Source: Utricularia gibba
Taxonomy: Eukaryota; Plantae; Magnoliophyta
NCBI GenBank assembly: GCA_002189035.1
Contig: NEEC01000007.1
Span: forward strand, 1,116,001-1,180,000
DNA length: 64,000 bases
Direction of reading: 5' to 3'
The position numbers were made by a program, and so were the translations under genes. The notes beneath the pieces are model-generated. The model was not told the origin of the DNA and made no database searches. It saw nothing but the letters and a program-made list of their open reading frames with translations. How positions within the stretch are numbered: the first letter of the stretch is position 1; each line of letters starts with the position of its first letter. Positions 24,668 through 38,274 of this stretch are shown piece by piece.

Positions 24668-27600
24668 ATGTCGGAGGATGAGAAGTTATTGAAGGAGGCG
24701 AAGAAACTGCCATGGGAGGATCGACTTACGCACAAGAACTGGAAAGTCAGAAATGACGCCAATGTGGATTTGGCGTCATTATGCGAATCCATTTCCGATC
24801 CCAAGGATCCGCGGCTTCGTGAGTTTGGTGAGGATATTATTCATTTTGCGTTTTTAAGTAGGCTAGATATACGGCCTTTTCATTCGTGATGCGCTTATGA
24901 TATGTTCATACTTAAGATGATGAATGCGATGGGCTTTAGAGTGTTTCGATCTCGTCGTTTTCGAATTGTTTCGGTGTTATTTACCGTGGAGTTCTGGCAG
25001 GTCCGTTTTTCAAGAAAACAGTCGCAGATTCTAATGCGCCAGTGCAAGAAAAGGCTCTGGATGCTCTCATTTCCTATTTAAAAGCCGCGGATGCTGATGC
25101 GGGAAGGTAGTGTAAAGAGAAGATATATCTGTTGGAATTACAAAGTTCTTGTCATTTCGCACAAAATTTTATATTATGACGTTTTCCTCTGTGATTAGAC
25201 ATGCTAAAGAGGTCTGTGATGCAATTGTTGCTAAATGCTTGACCGGAAGGCCTAAAACAGTTGAAAAAGCGCAGAATGCGTTTTTGCTGTGGATAGAATT
25301 GGAGGCCTCAGAAGCATTCATGGTAGGTTTTATGTTTTGAAACTCACGCATTTGCAGTTTTCATCCCACAAAAGTATGAAGATTTAACATCACTATGTTC
25401 AAAAGTATGTTTAAGTGTTTTAAAAGCCAGTGACATATTCCTGGATTGATTTGTCACAATGAAAAAAATTCTAACTACGTTTGTAGTCCTCCATGCTGTA
25501 GAAGTCATTTTTCGTATTCTAAAAATTAGGCATTGTTTGTAATTCATTAAGGTTTATATGTATCTAGTGTTACGATGATAAGGAGGTTTTGGATGCATCA
25601 TGCATCTATAAGATCCTGTTAGATTAATAAAATAACTCCTCGAAACGTGGATAAATAATCATTACATTACCGCTTGAAATGTAGATAAGTAATCCTGTTG
25701 TGTCATCAGTGGCACGTCCAAGCTATTTTAGTGTGCATTTGTTGCATTTATGTTATCTTTACAGAGTGGTTTGAAAAGGTGCTCACTCAGGTTCACTTTT
25801 TTTTTCACTGACTTTAAGAGGTTTTCTGTAGTTGGATTTCATTCCATGTTTACGATTTGTTTTCTTTGGTTTATAGGATGCCATGGAGAAAGCAATAAAA
25901 AACAAAGTCTCTAAGGCGGTGGTCCCTGCAATTGATGTCATGTTTCAGGCCTTGAGGTACTCATATGGTAATTTTCATGTATCTGTCTCGAGTGTACCCC
26001 TTTGGATGTCTTATGCCCAATTTCGTATGAATCAGTGAGTTTGGGTCAAAGATAGTATCCCCAAAAAGAATTCTGAAGATCCTTCCTGAACTCTTTGATC
26101 ACCAAGATCAGAATGTTCGTGCATCTTCTAAAGGACTGACTCTGGAGCTTTGCCGTTGGATAGGAAAGGAACCTGTCAAATCAATCCTATTCGAAAAGAT
26201 GCGAGATACTATGGTATTTCTTCTTCTTTTTATTTCAGGGGTACCCTGGGATATGATTGATCTCTATTATTATTTTTTATTAAAGAAAAAAGAGTTGGAA
26301 GCAGAGGTTGCCAATGTTACTGGAACTGCAAAGCCAACTCGCAAAATTAGGTATGATTTACTTCTTTTGACATAACAATGCCCACTATTCTGCTTGTATT
26401 ATGGAAGAAAATAGTTTTTAGTGTAAATTCTGTTTGCACTTTCTATCAATAGGTCTGAGCAGGACAAGGAACTGGAACCTGAATCTGTTCCTTGCGATGT
26501 GGGGTCTGGCTTTGCAGGAGAAAGTACACATGATGGTATGCCCATCAAATTTGCATGTAGTTCATAGCATTCCTGGTTCATTCCTGATGAACAATGGAAT
26601 AGTAATCCCTTCTCATTTTCATCGTTAGTTTCCATGTGCTGTCCTTGACAGCTTCCACTGATATGATGCATAAGAATTTATACTGACAGTTCCTCAAGAG
26701 ATCGATGAGTATGAACTTGTTGATCCAGTTGATATTTTGACGCCTTTGGAGAAGTCAGGATTTTGGGAAGGAGTGGTTAGTAGTCATATTTCTATCACAA
26801 TTCACATTCATACTTTCCTGCAGTTGTTAACTCTACTGGATTTTGTTTCAGAAATCTGCTAAGTGGTCTGAACGTAAAGATGCTGTTGCTGAATTGAGTA
26901 AACTTGCATCGACCAAACGAATTGCTCCTGGAGATTTTTCAGAAGTTTGTAGAATATTAAAAAAGGTTGATTATGGTTACAGCCGAATTCTTTATTGATG
27001 CTATCCATTTTCAATTAGGTGCGGCTGATAGCAATATCATGTGATTAGCACTATTTTATGTTCTCAGTGTTACTTTTGTGAATGCTGGATTACAAACTCA
27101 CGGATGATCTGGTTGCATTTTAATCTTTTCTGTGGATTTTGCAGATCATTACCGAAGTAAATATTGCTGTTGCAGTTGAAGCAATTCAGGCATTGGGAAA
27201 TCTTGCTAGGGGACTGAGAACCCATTTCTCAAGCAATTCACGCTACTTATTGCCTGTACTTCTGGTTGGTGCATTTCTGTACCTTCTCAAACTATAGTGC
27301 ACTTAAGTGTTTTAAGCATATCTTCCAATCCTTCACTGATTTTCCTTTCTGAAATGATGCAAATTGGGGCTGTGAGAATGGTGGGGTTTGCCATTGGCGG
27401 TGGTCCCTGCAATGATATTTTCTTTGCTGTGCAATGCCATTTGATTTAATGTTTGCATTTCATCTCATGGGTGGTTGATCATTAGTTGTGCTAGGTTCAT
27501 AACTCAGTCCTTTTTGTCTCCTGATGCTAGGCTATTGCTGTCTTATTTGACTTGGTCTGAGTTTATTTCAGGAAAAGTTGAAGGAGAAGAAGCCTTCGTT

Positions 27601-30600
27601 GTCAGATGCTCTTATGCATACCCTTCAGGAAATGCACAAGTCCGGATGCTTGAGCCTTGGTGACAGCCTGGAAGGCATGATTTTTTATTTGATCTATGTA
27701 TTAATTTAGATTTTTTTTTTACTATTTCAAGGATTTATGGATGTTCAACCATTTGGAACATCTTTTGCATATTTCAGTTAATCTTTTCTATGTAGTATTT
27801 ATTTCATTGGATGGATTGACTTGTATGAGATTCCATAATGCTGAAATCATTTCTTCAATTTTCTAAAGACTTGGATATCTGTTTCAATTCATTTGGAATC
27901 TGATGCTTGCATTGCATCCTTTTTTTTTTTATTTCTTTTTCAATGGAAATGCGCTTGGTTAGATGGTCGCTCATTAGATGTCATAAATTATTTTGGTTCA
28001 GATGTCAAGAGTGCAGTGAAGAATAAAGTGCCTCTTGTTAGATCTTTGACGCTGAGCTGGGTTACCAGGTGTATTGAAACAAGTAACAAGGCAACCATGC
28101 TTAAAGTACTTAAGGAGTATGTTTCAATATGCATGGAGGTCAGTAGGAAATATCAAATAATATAATTTTTTTTTTCATGGGAGCATATTCACTCTATTTG
28201 TAGCTTTCACATATGCAATCATGCACAACTTGTTTTTTTTTTTCTGTTGTTTCTGTATGAAATCATAACTACACTATGAGTATTTACATTGTCTGCATTG
28301 TATACATCTCAACAAATTTATTTCATGAATTATTGGTCTTTAAAGATAGTCCTTCTGTACGTGTAGTGCCTGAATGATGGGTCTCCTGAGGTGAGGGATG
28401 CAGCATCTTATGCTTTGGCAGCTATTGCTAAGGTAAATTTTACTTAGACTCATTTTATATGGCGCTTTTGAACCATAATGGCTTGTTATTTCGTCCATGT
28501 ATGTAGTGATTTGAACTCTTTTCTCTTAGATTATTGGTATGAGACCGTTGGAGAGACTCCTGGAAAAGCTAGATGACATCAGGAAAAAGAAGTTGTTGGA
28601 ACTAATAGGTGGTGTGACAGCAGAAGATTCTTCAACCCCTAGCACAGGTTTAAATGTTTGCTTGCATTGTTGGGATTATTTTTGCATAGCTCTGTATATT
28701 GCTTTCTAATAATTCCGACCCCCCTTTCTATGCACTATTTGCAGCAGTGCTACCCTTAAGGGAGAATGTGCCTGTTGCTGATGTCAGTATCATGTCATTT
28801 ACTTTTCTTTTTGGCATCATTTGAGTATTGAAGTCCTTTGGATTTTGTTTTAGATATTTTTGACAGTTGTGTACCTTTTAGGCTTCTCACCAGGCTTTTG
28901 TAAGACGGTCAGCCGCTAGCATGCTCAGTGGAAAGAAAGCTGACATTGCAGCTGTATGATGTTTTAATTTTTTTTTCAGTGTGCTAACAATAATGTGAAC
29001 GGAGAGCAATGAACAAGTACTCGATGAATTTCTGGATTTGTGCTTTTCATTATTGTAGTCTTCTGTAATCCTTAGGTTCCTGCTACAAAGAAGTTGGTGT
29101 CTGGGAAGCCTCCTATGAACAAGAAAACTGATGGTGGACAGATGACAAGGATTAAGAATACTACCGAACAGGAAGATGTTGAGGTAAATCACCTAAGAAA
29201 TGTAAAATATCACTTTATTCAGTGATATCGTGGAATTTGATGTAAAATTTTGTTTTTTAAAATCACATTCTACAGCCATCTGAAATGAACTTGGAAGAGA
29301 TAGAGAGCAGATTAGGATCTATAATTCAAGAGGAAACAATCAATCAGCTGAAGAGTGGTGTGTGGAAAGAGCGGCTTGAAGGTTTATTTTGTTCATCAAA
29401 TCATGTCATTTCATGCATTTCATCCCAGTTATAATCTGATTACAGTTTCAATCTCCCTTGCATCAAACCATTTCTCATTGTGGAGTTATGTTTTTGATTA
29501 ATAAATTCTTTCTGCAGCCATATTGTCTTTGAAAGAGCAGGTTGAGTCACTTGCCAGCCTTGATAAGTCAGTTGAAATTTTGATTCGTTTACTTTGTGTG
29601 CTTCCTGGTTGGAATGAAAAAAATGTTCAGGTATGCTTCGTGCTCCTAGTTTGTTGCCACCAGATTGACTATATTTATCATTTGTTCATTCACGCAATTG
29701 GCATGCAGGTCCAGCAACTAGTTCTTGATACTATCTCTTACATCACGTCAACAGCTGCAAAATTTCCAAAGAAATGTGTGGTGCTGTGTCTGTTAGGTTG
29801 GAAACTGCCAATTTAAAGTTGTGACCCTTGTCTTGTTTTTTAAATGTGGTACTCTTACTTCAGAAATTGGAAACTGCAAATTTCAAGATGTTGTATTACT
29901 ATGTCTTGTTTGTGGTCGTTTGTTTATTGATTACATTCTAATATTTTTGGTGCTCCTATGGCAGGTGTTTGTGAAAGGGTTGCGGATATTAAAACTCGTA
30001 CCCAGGGAATGAAATGCCTTACCACGTTTTGTGAAGCTGTTGGCCCCCGGTTTATTTTTGAAAGGGTAAGTTTGTCTTGTCATACTATCAAGGTAAATGT
30101 ACTTAAAATAAATCATTCCTATCTAGCAGCAAGGTATTCTTTTAACCTTAGTTAAATTTAACATGATTGTATCATCACCGCAAAAATTAATATATTTAAA
30201 TCAAACAGTCAAGATTGCACGTTGATTTCAACTGATTGCCATGTAGATGTACAAAGTCATGAAAGATCATAAAAACCCGAAGGTTCTTACTGAAGGCCTG
30301 ATATGGATGGTTTCTGCCATTGATGATTTTGGTATTTCATACATTAAATTGAAGGTCCTTTATTCTTCTTTTTACCAACTCTTGACCTGGCTTTTTTATG
30401 GAACATTCTCAGCAAAATGGGAACATTAGTTTTATAAATTTATCATGTTTTTGCAGGATTTAATTGACTTTTGTAAGGATGTTGGTTTGCAATCTAGTAT
30501 CGCAGCTACAAGAAATGCTACTCTTAAAGTCATTGTCTCTTTACATAAGTTTGTTGGTCCAGGTGATCTATGCTCCATTTTCGAACTTGCTTTATGCACT

Positions 30601-33600
30601 ATGTATTAGATAGTCTCACTCCCCCCCACCCTCCAGATATCAAGGGTTTCCTATCAGATGTGAAGCCTGCACTTCTTAGTGCCCTTGATGCTGAATATGA
30701 AAAGAATCCATTTGAGGTTAGTTTTCTTTAATTTGTATTCTTGTCATCTGGTTTGGTTCTAATATTCAAAATTTTTCTATAGGGGACTGCTGCTGTCCCA
30801 AAGAAGAAAGTGAAGGCTGCAGATTCCAGTTTATCCTTGTCTGCTGGTGTTTCAGATGTTCTTCCTCGTGAGAATATAAGTGAAAAGATAACCCTTAGTT
30901 TGTTGAAGGGCTTGGAGAGTACTGACTGGAAGGTGAGATTACCTCCAAGGACTGTGTATCCATTTATACCTCTGGTTTATAAGTATTTCATTCATTTTCT
31001 AGTGCCGCTTGGAGTCCATTGAAGGTATAAATAAACTTCTCGAAGAGGCTAACAAGCGTATTCAGCCAAATGGAACAGGTAATTTGTTTTCTAATTGTGC
31101 AGATACAAAAAAGATTTTTTCTATTTGTAGATAAAGAATTGGTAGGTTTGTTTGACTTTGAATGACTTATATTCACCAGGAGAGCTTTTCAGAGCTTTAC
31201 GAAGCCGTTTACATGACAGCAACAAAAACCTTATTATGGCTGCCTTGTCCACAATTAGTGCTCTTGCATGTGCTATGGGTCTGCCAGTTGAGAAGTCGAG
31301 CAAGGTTATAAATTATATAATTTTTTTTTTCAACTTTCTGACTGGTTTGATGATTTGATTTAGTTTCCTCTTGCAGAGAATTCTTGCTGATGTATTGAAA
31401 TGTTTGAGTGACAATAAAAAGCAGATGCGTGAATGTACTTTAAATACCTTGGACTCTTGGCACTCTGCTGTTAACCTCGATAAAATGGTCAGTGTGAATT
31501 CAATGAAACTGTGGTTTTTTATTCTCCCACTAATTTTAGATGTTTTGGTGACGTCTCTCTCTTTCCCTCTCTTTGTGTTTCAGCTTCCTTATATCACAGT
31601 GGCTTTGGCAGATTCCAAAATTGGTGCAGAAGGGAGAAAAGATCTTTTTGATTGGCTGTCCAGAAAACTGGTTGGACTGAGTGACTTTCCAGATTCTGTT
31701 CACCTACTGAAACCTGTGGCATCTGCTATGATGGTATTTTCTCTTTTTTTTTTCAGATGTATTCAACTAGGTTCTGTTACAGCTCTTGATCCTTGTTTCA
31801 GTTTTCTCTTATTTTTGTTGTGTCACAAAGGATAAATCAGCAGACGTTCGTAAAGCAGCTGAGGCATGCTTTACTGAAATGTTACGGGTCTGTGGGCATG
31901 AATTGGTATGCTGCTCCTAGTATTCTCTAGTTGATTGAAACATTCTGATTCAAATGTTAGGTTTACAATTTTTTTTGGTTTTATGGTAACAGGTGAGCAG
32001 AAACCTGAAGGATGTACAAGGGTCTGCTTTAGGTATTGTTGTGGAACGTCTAAAGCCATATGGAGCTTTTCTAGGTGTGTGCATTGTTCTCAGCGTGCAC
32101 TTGTTTTAAAAGTGATTTTGCCTGATGTTGAATTCCATACGCCTTGCTGCCATCTCTGCAGAAAGTTTTGAACCTGACAGATCATTTTCTGCAAGCTTGG
32201 GATCCAAAAGTAGCTCAAAGATTGGGAAACCTAATGGCCATGGTGATCGTAGATCACATCTGGGAATCAAAGCTGCTGCTCCTGTGTGCCATTATTATTG
32301 TTTTTCTTGTCACGGTTTTGGAATCAAATATGATTGTTTCATTTTACTGATTGCAGAGGAATGTTTCTAACAAGTTGCTAGGACAAGATTCTGTCAGTGC
32401 TGTTCAGGAAATTCTTTCACAACCTCTGATTAATACCAAGGATTCAAACAAGGTTTGTCATGTGATGCTCGACCTCTCTATATCTAAAAAATTTGTGAAT
32501 TATGCATTTTCATCAACTGATATGTGCAGGTTGAAAGGGAGAGGATGATTATTCGCAGGGTTAAATTTGAAGAGATGCGCTTAGAGCAGATTCAAGATTT
32601 AGAGGTTTATGCTTTCAGTGTTTGTTTTTGTTTATCTACAGTGAAACGTATTGAATGGAGAAGTTCTTTGATTACTTTTCACCTTAACTGGATAGCATGC
32701 ATGTTGTCATGTGATTGCATATATTTCATTATGTATTTTATAGACAGATTTTCTTGGATGAAAAAGTCTTGATACATTGTCCTACATACCATTTTTGCTC
32801 TAATTAACTGTTACCACGTTTTTAACAGAATGATGTAATGAAATGCTTTAGAGAGGACTTGCATCTCAGGTTATTATGTAGGGACTTCAAAAAACAAATG
32901 GATGGGATTGAGATGCTGCAGAAGGTTTTCTTCATGCAACTTATCAATTTCTTCCCTCACGGAGACTGTTTTTATCTTGTATTTTGTGGCATTTTAGGCG
33001 CTTCCATCATTGACAAGGGAGCTGATCGAGGTTCTAGATATACTCTTAAGGTGGTTTGTGTTGAGGTTTTGTGAATCCAATACATCATGCCTCTTGAAGG
33101 TACAGAAACCTGAGAATTTCTGCTTATAGCCTTTTCTTCCATTATTATTATTATTATTTTTTTTTTTCCCAGCACATTCTACATATTCATGCAAAAGTTG
33201 TGACAAGAATTTATAGATACGTGAGAGATATAATTCCAGAATCTGCTGTTTTATTGAAGTGGATTTCCTATTTTCTTAGGCCTTGAATTTTATTTTATCC
33301 ATCCATGTTTTTGGAACTTGATAAGGTGCTGGAATTTCTCGCTGAGCTTCTTAAAATTTTGAGAAATGAGGGTTATACAATTACCGAATCAGAGGCCGCC
33401 ATTATTCTTCCATGCCTGGTTGAAAAGGTAATTGTCTCTCAACTTTTTGTGAAGAGCATTATATGAAAATTCTTGTTTATGCTCTTTTTGACCAGCTTTG
33501 GCAACACTTTGTTCAAATAAAGTAAATTCTACTGTTTTTGACTTGAATACTCATTTCCATTCTTTATATACCTCTCGATGCATACCATGACATCCTCTCT

Positions 33601-36600
33601 TTCACTAAAAGATGGCATCTAACAGAATTTGTGCTGCAGTGTGGACATAACATTGAAAAGGTTAGAGAGAAGATGAGGGAACTGCTGAAACAAGTCATCC
33701 ATGGTTATTCTGCCTCAAAGACGTTCCCCTATATTTTGGAGGGCCTTCGCTCTAGAAACAACAGAACAAGGATAGAATGTGCTGAACTTATTGGATTCTT
33801 GCTTGACAATCATGGGAATGAGGTGCCTTCTGTGTGCCACTATTTTCGTTCTTAGGTTTATGGAAAGCCATCCCGCATTCTCATAACATGTATGCTATAT
33901 CCATTTTCATCTCTTCAGATAAATGGACAACTGAAGTCCCTACAAATCGTTGCTAGCTTAACTGCTGACAGAGATGGTGATGCTAGAAAAGCTGCTTTGA
34001 ACACTTTGGCGACTGGCTATAAGATTTTTGGTAAGTTTGTGTTTTGGAATTGGATGACCTAAATTATTTGCGTTACCACAAGAATTTTCTGTGACTTCTT
34101 CCTATACTGAAAATGTTATAGGTGATGATATTTGGAGATATCTTGGGAGACTTACGGAAGCACAGAGGAGCATGCTAGATGATAAATTTAAATGGAAGGT
34201 TTGATAGCAGTTCTACCTTGTCATTGATGCCATAGCTCATGTTAGTATATTCTGTTATGTATATTAGGCCCGAGAAATGGAGAAAAGAAGAGAAGGCAGG
34301 CCAGGTGAAGCTAGAGCGTCTCTTAAGCGCTCAGTGAGGGATAATGGGTAATTTTCTTGTATTTTTAAGCTATTCATATGCCATAAATTCAAACATGTTG
34401 TGCAAGTATGGCCAAATTGAGTTTGCATTTTCTGTGGCACAGCAATTCCCCTAGATTACCAATTTGTGGTTTTATAGATCCTGGGTTCATTTGGGAAAGT
34501 CTTTGAACCTAGATTTTCTTTGCTTCGTGTGAAAGTCAATTTCTTGCTAGATAGTTTCCCATCTTCCTGACCAGCATAGTTGAATCATACAGACTAATGT
34601 TTGTCATTTTTTTTTACCATCTACGATGATTTATTTTGGATTTATTTAGTCACTAGAATATAATTTGCGCAATGCTTCATGCTCGAGCAGCATTTTATTT
34701 ATCATCTAGTCTTAATTTACTGCTCACGTAGCGCTAATTTTGAATTCACCATGTGCATGCCACTCTTTCTTATGATTCTTACTCATGCTTTCTCCTTGTT
34801 CCTTTAAATTGAGTAATGCAATAATTATTTTTTTTTAATTTCTGCAGATATGATCCCGCTGAGCAAAGTGGGGAACCTACTTGGTCTGTTGCTGCTCCAG
34901 TTTTGAATAGGTTCACGATTTTTGCAATAATGATCATGGGTTACTTGCGCTTAACGTACTTTTTTTGTTCTATTGAATGATTTTTTTTTTTTAAATTTTT
35001 TCTCTCGCAAGGGAGAACTGTGGCCTCTCAGAAGTTTACAAAGATCGGCTGCAAGTTTCTGGAGTTTTACGTTTGGGCCCAACAACCTGGAGTGAAGCCC
35101 TGGACACTATATCATTTGGATTGCCAGAGCAGGTTTTTTGTTATCTTCTGTAATATGTAGTACCTGGGATGCATACACATGCATGCAAGTTTCCCATGAA
35201 GGCATTTCTGAGTCGAGGAATTCTCTTTCTGAAAGCAGCCTCTTTTCTTTTGATAATAATCGATGACAATGCATTGCCTGGCAAGGAGCCAGTGAGATCT
35301 CATTTTGACATTCTTTGATATTTATGCATTCTAGTGTACAGGAACAATGCAATGATATTTTCTATCTGCTTCTCTTGTTAGTGTTCATTTTGTGAGTGTT
35401 TTTTTGGCAGTCTGTTGAAGGAATGAAAGTTGTATGCCATGAATTGCTTCAAGCTGGAGCTGATCCTGATGGTAGTAGCATGACTAATATTCTAAAAGAT
35501 GCTGATAGGCTTGTCTCGTGTTTGGCTAACAAGGTAGATTCCTTTTTCTTGTATTTTGATGGCAAGATGCAACTGAATCACTCGTCAGAATCATGATGAT
35601 GCAGGTGGCGAAAACTTTTGACTTTAGCCTCCATGGAGCATCTTCGAGGTCTTGTAAATATGTATTGAACACTCTAATGCAGGTAATTGTGTGTGTTTAT
35701 TCGCTTGCTGTGAATCTTTTGTCCTCCATGGAAGGTCATGGAAAGTATTGAACGCTCTTACATTTCACTAGAAACTTTTAATCTGAATTAATCAACATGA
35801 AGGTTAATTGATTTGTTCTTCTAACGCAGATTTTTCAGAATAAGAGGCTTGCCTATGCTGTCAGAGAAAGTACCCTTAATATCCTCATCACAGAACTGTT
35901 ACTTTGGCTTCTTGATGAAAGGGTTCCAACAATGAATGATGGCAGCCAGCTTTTGAGAGCATTAAATGTTCTGATGTTGAAGATTTTGGTAAATTGGCAT
36001 GATAAGCAATCCTGTCCTCAGTAGTAACATGATATGATTCTCCACGGTACTGATGCCTTGTTTTTTATGTAACCTTGTTTCAGGATAATGCTGATCGCAC
36101 TTCTTCATTTGTTGTGTTCATTAGTCTCTTGCGACCTATGGACCCTTCGAGGTGGCCACCTCAAGTGGAAACCGATTCTTATGCTCTTAGAAATCAGAAA
36201 TTTTCCGATTTGGTCGTGAAGTGCTTAATAAAACTCACCAAGGTAGTACTCGCCGAAGTTCCCAGCCTTGTCATTTGTCATTACTCTTTGCATGCTGATT
36301 TCGTGATATGATTCTAGTTGTCTGTTTCCACTTTGCAAATAATTATTTTTCATTGTTATTATGGCATAGGTCCTGCAAAATATCGTATATGATGTAGACC
36401 TCGATCGTATTCTTCAGAGCATTCATATATATCTCCAGGAACTGGGCATGGATGAAATTCGGAAGAGGTACCACTTGAATACGCTGCAGTTGTGATGAAT
36501 TTGCTTGCTCGTGTTCCTACTTGAACATTTTTTATCTTCTTTTTCCTCTCCTAAATCTATTTCAACAGAGCTGGTGCTGATGACAAGCCACTTCGCATGG

Positions 36601-37938
36601 TTAAAACTGTACTCCATGAGCTTGTTAAGCTACGCGGAACTGCCATTAAGGGTCATCTTTCCATGGTTCCTTTAGACGCACAGCCTCAACCCATTATTCT
36701 TGCCTACATTGATCTTAATCTTCAGGTAAATATTGCTCTTTGGTGTTATGTTTCATGTCTATTATTCTTAAACCTACTTCGGCAAACATCTACCTGATGG
36801 TTGGAAATCAAACATGTGCAGACTTTAGCAGCCGCGAGGATGTTGACACCAACCGGTCCTGTGGGACAAACCCACTGGAATAAATCCTCCATTAATAATG
36901 CAGCAACCGCTTCAGATTCTTCTGATGCGCAGTTGAAGGTAGCATATGGCTGCCCAGACTTTTAGCTCCACGAAATTTCTTCACATGTCACTCTTTCGGT
37001 AATGATTATCTGATATCGTATGCGTATGACAGCAAGAATTGGCTGCAATATATAAGAAAATTGGTGACAAGCAAACTTGCTCAATTGGTCTCTATGAGCT
37101 ATACCGCATAACTCAGTTATATCCCCAGGTCAGTGTCCAACCGAGCATCTGATGTTGCTTTGGTGTGTCTATGGTAGTCTCCTTTCCAATTATATTGCTT
37201 TAATTTGTTCCTAGGTCGACATATTTTCTCAACTGCAAAATGCAAGTGATGCATTCAGAACGTACATCCGAGATGGCTTGGCGCAGGTTCCCATCTTGAC
37301 AACTTTTTTATATACTCAAATGAGAATTTCATCTTAATACCTTTCTTTTTATTCTGTTTCAGATGGAGAAAAATGCTGCTGCAGGAAGGACGCCATCAAG
37401 TGTGCCCCTGTCGACCCCGCCACCTTCTTCAGCTCTCATCCTCTCTCCAAAATGTGGTCCTCTGTCCCCAGTAAACTCAAACCCGTTGCGCGACAACAAT
37501 AGCATCCCATATACAAGAGTGGAGCCAACAAGTTTCACTCTACAACCAACAGATTCCGAAGATGATCAGCATTTCAGTACAAGTTCTCCGAGAATGGTAT
37601 CCACCAAGGGGCAACCTCGGTTGCATTTCAACCAGGAGGAGATCAGAAATGATAGATTTCCATCTGATGGTTGGCATCAACCACTTGCTCTCCCGAAAAC
37701 GAAGTATTCCTTCTCCACTGACAGGCGTACATGTTTTTTTTTGGGTGCAGTGCCTCGTGGAACGTTGGATGCCATCAGAGAAAGGATGAGGAGTATCCAA
37801 ATATCTTCTCCTGTTTCTGCACAAGAAAATGCGAACCATTCGTCGGGTATACTTCCTATGGATGAGAAAGCGCTGTCGGGCCTCCAGGCACGTATGCGCA
37901 AGCTCAGGAGCGGCTCTTTTGATTCCCTATTCAGCTGA
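24668..37938 (+). CDS. MOR1: MICROTUBULE ORGANIZATION 1 / GEM1 (XMAP215/chTOG family); 53 coding exons by manual count, frame intact
   Basis: MSEDEKLLKEAKKLPWEDRL..KNWKVR, TOG-domain motifs (KWSERKDA, WKERLE, STDWK), FKKQMDG, KQELAAIYKKIGDK and GTLDAIRERM. All splice phases traced consistently, with one GC-AG intron. Confidence 0.97.
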
Positions 37939-38274
37939 TATTATAATTTGGATTGAAGGTTAGGATTATAGATTATATTGTGTATTTCATGAATAAATTT
38001 GAAATTATATATCTTTTTTTAATCAAACATGCTATGATATATGTCAAGGGATGCACCTAAGCTCACATGGACTTCTTTTTATGTCTCTTTTAGGCAATAA
38101 TGATATGTGTTTTATTAATAATTATGAAATGAATGGTAAAACCTGGGGTCCATTAAATTTTACTTTTATTATTGATTATATCCGTGGATTTTAAATTTGA
38201 TTTGCACAACAAGAGTTAGTTTATGATGTCCGGCCTCTTGGTTATATTACAAGAATCCTACTTGTGTATTCCTT

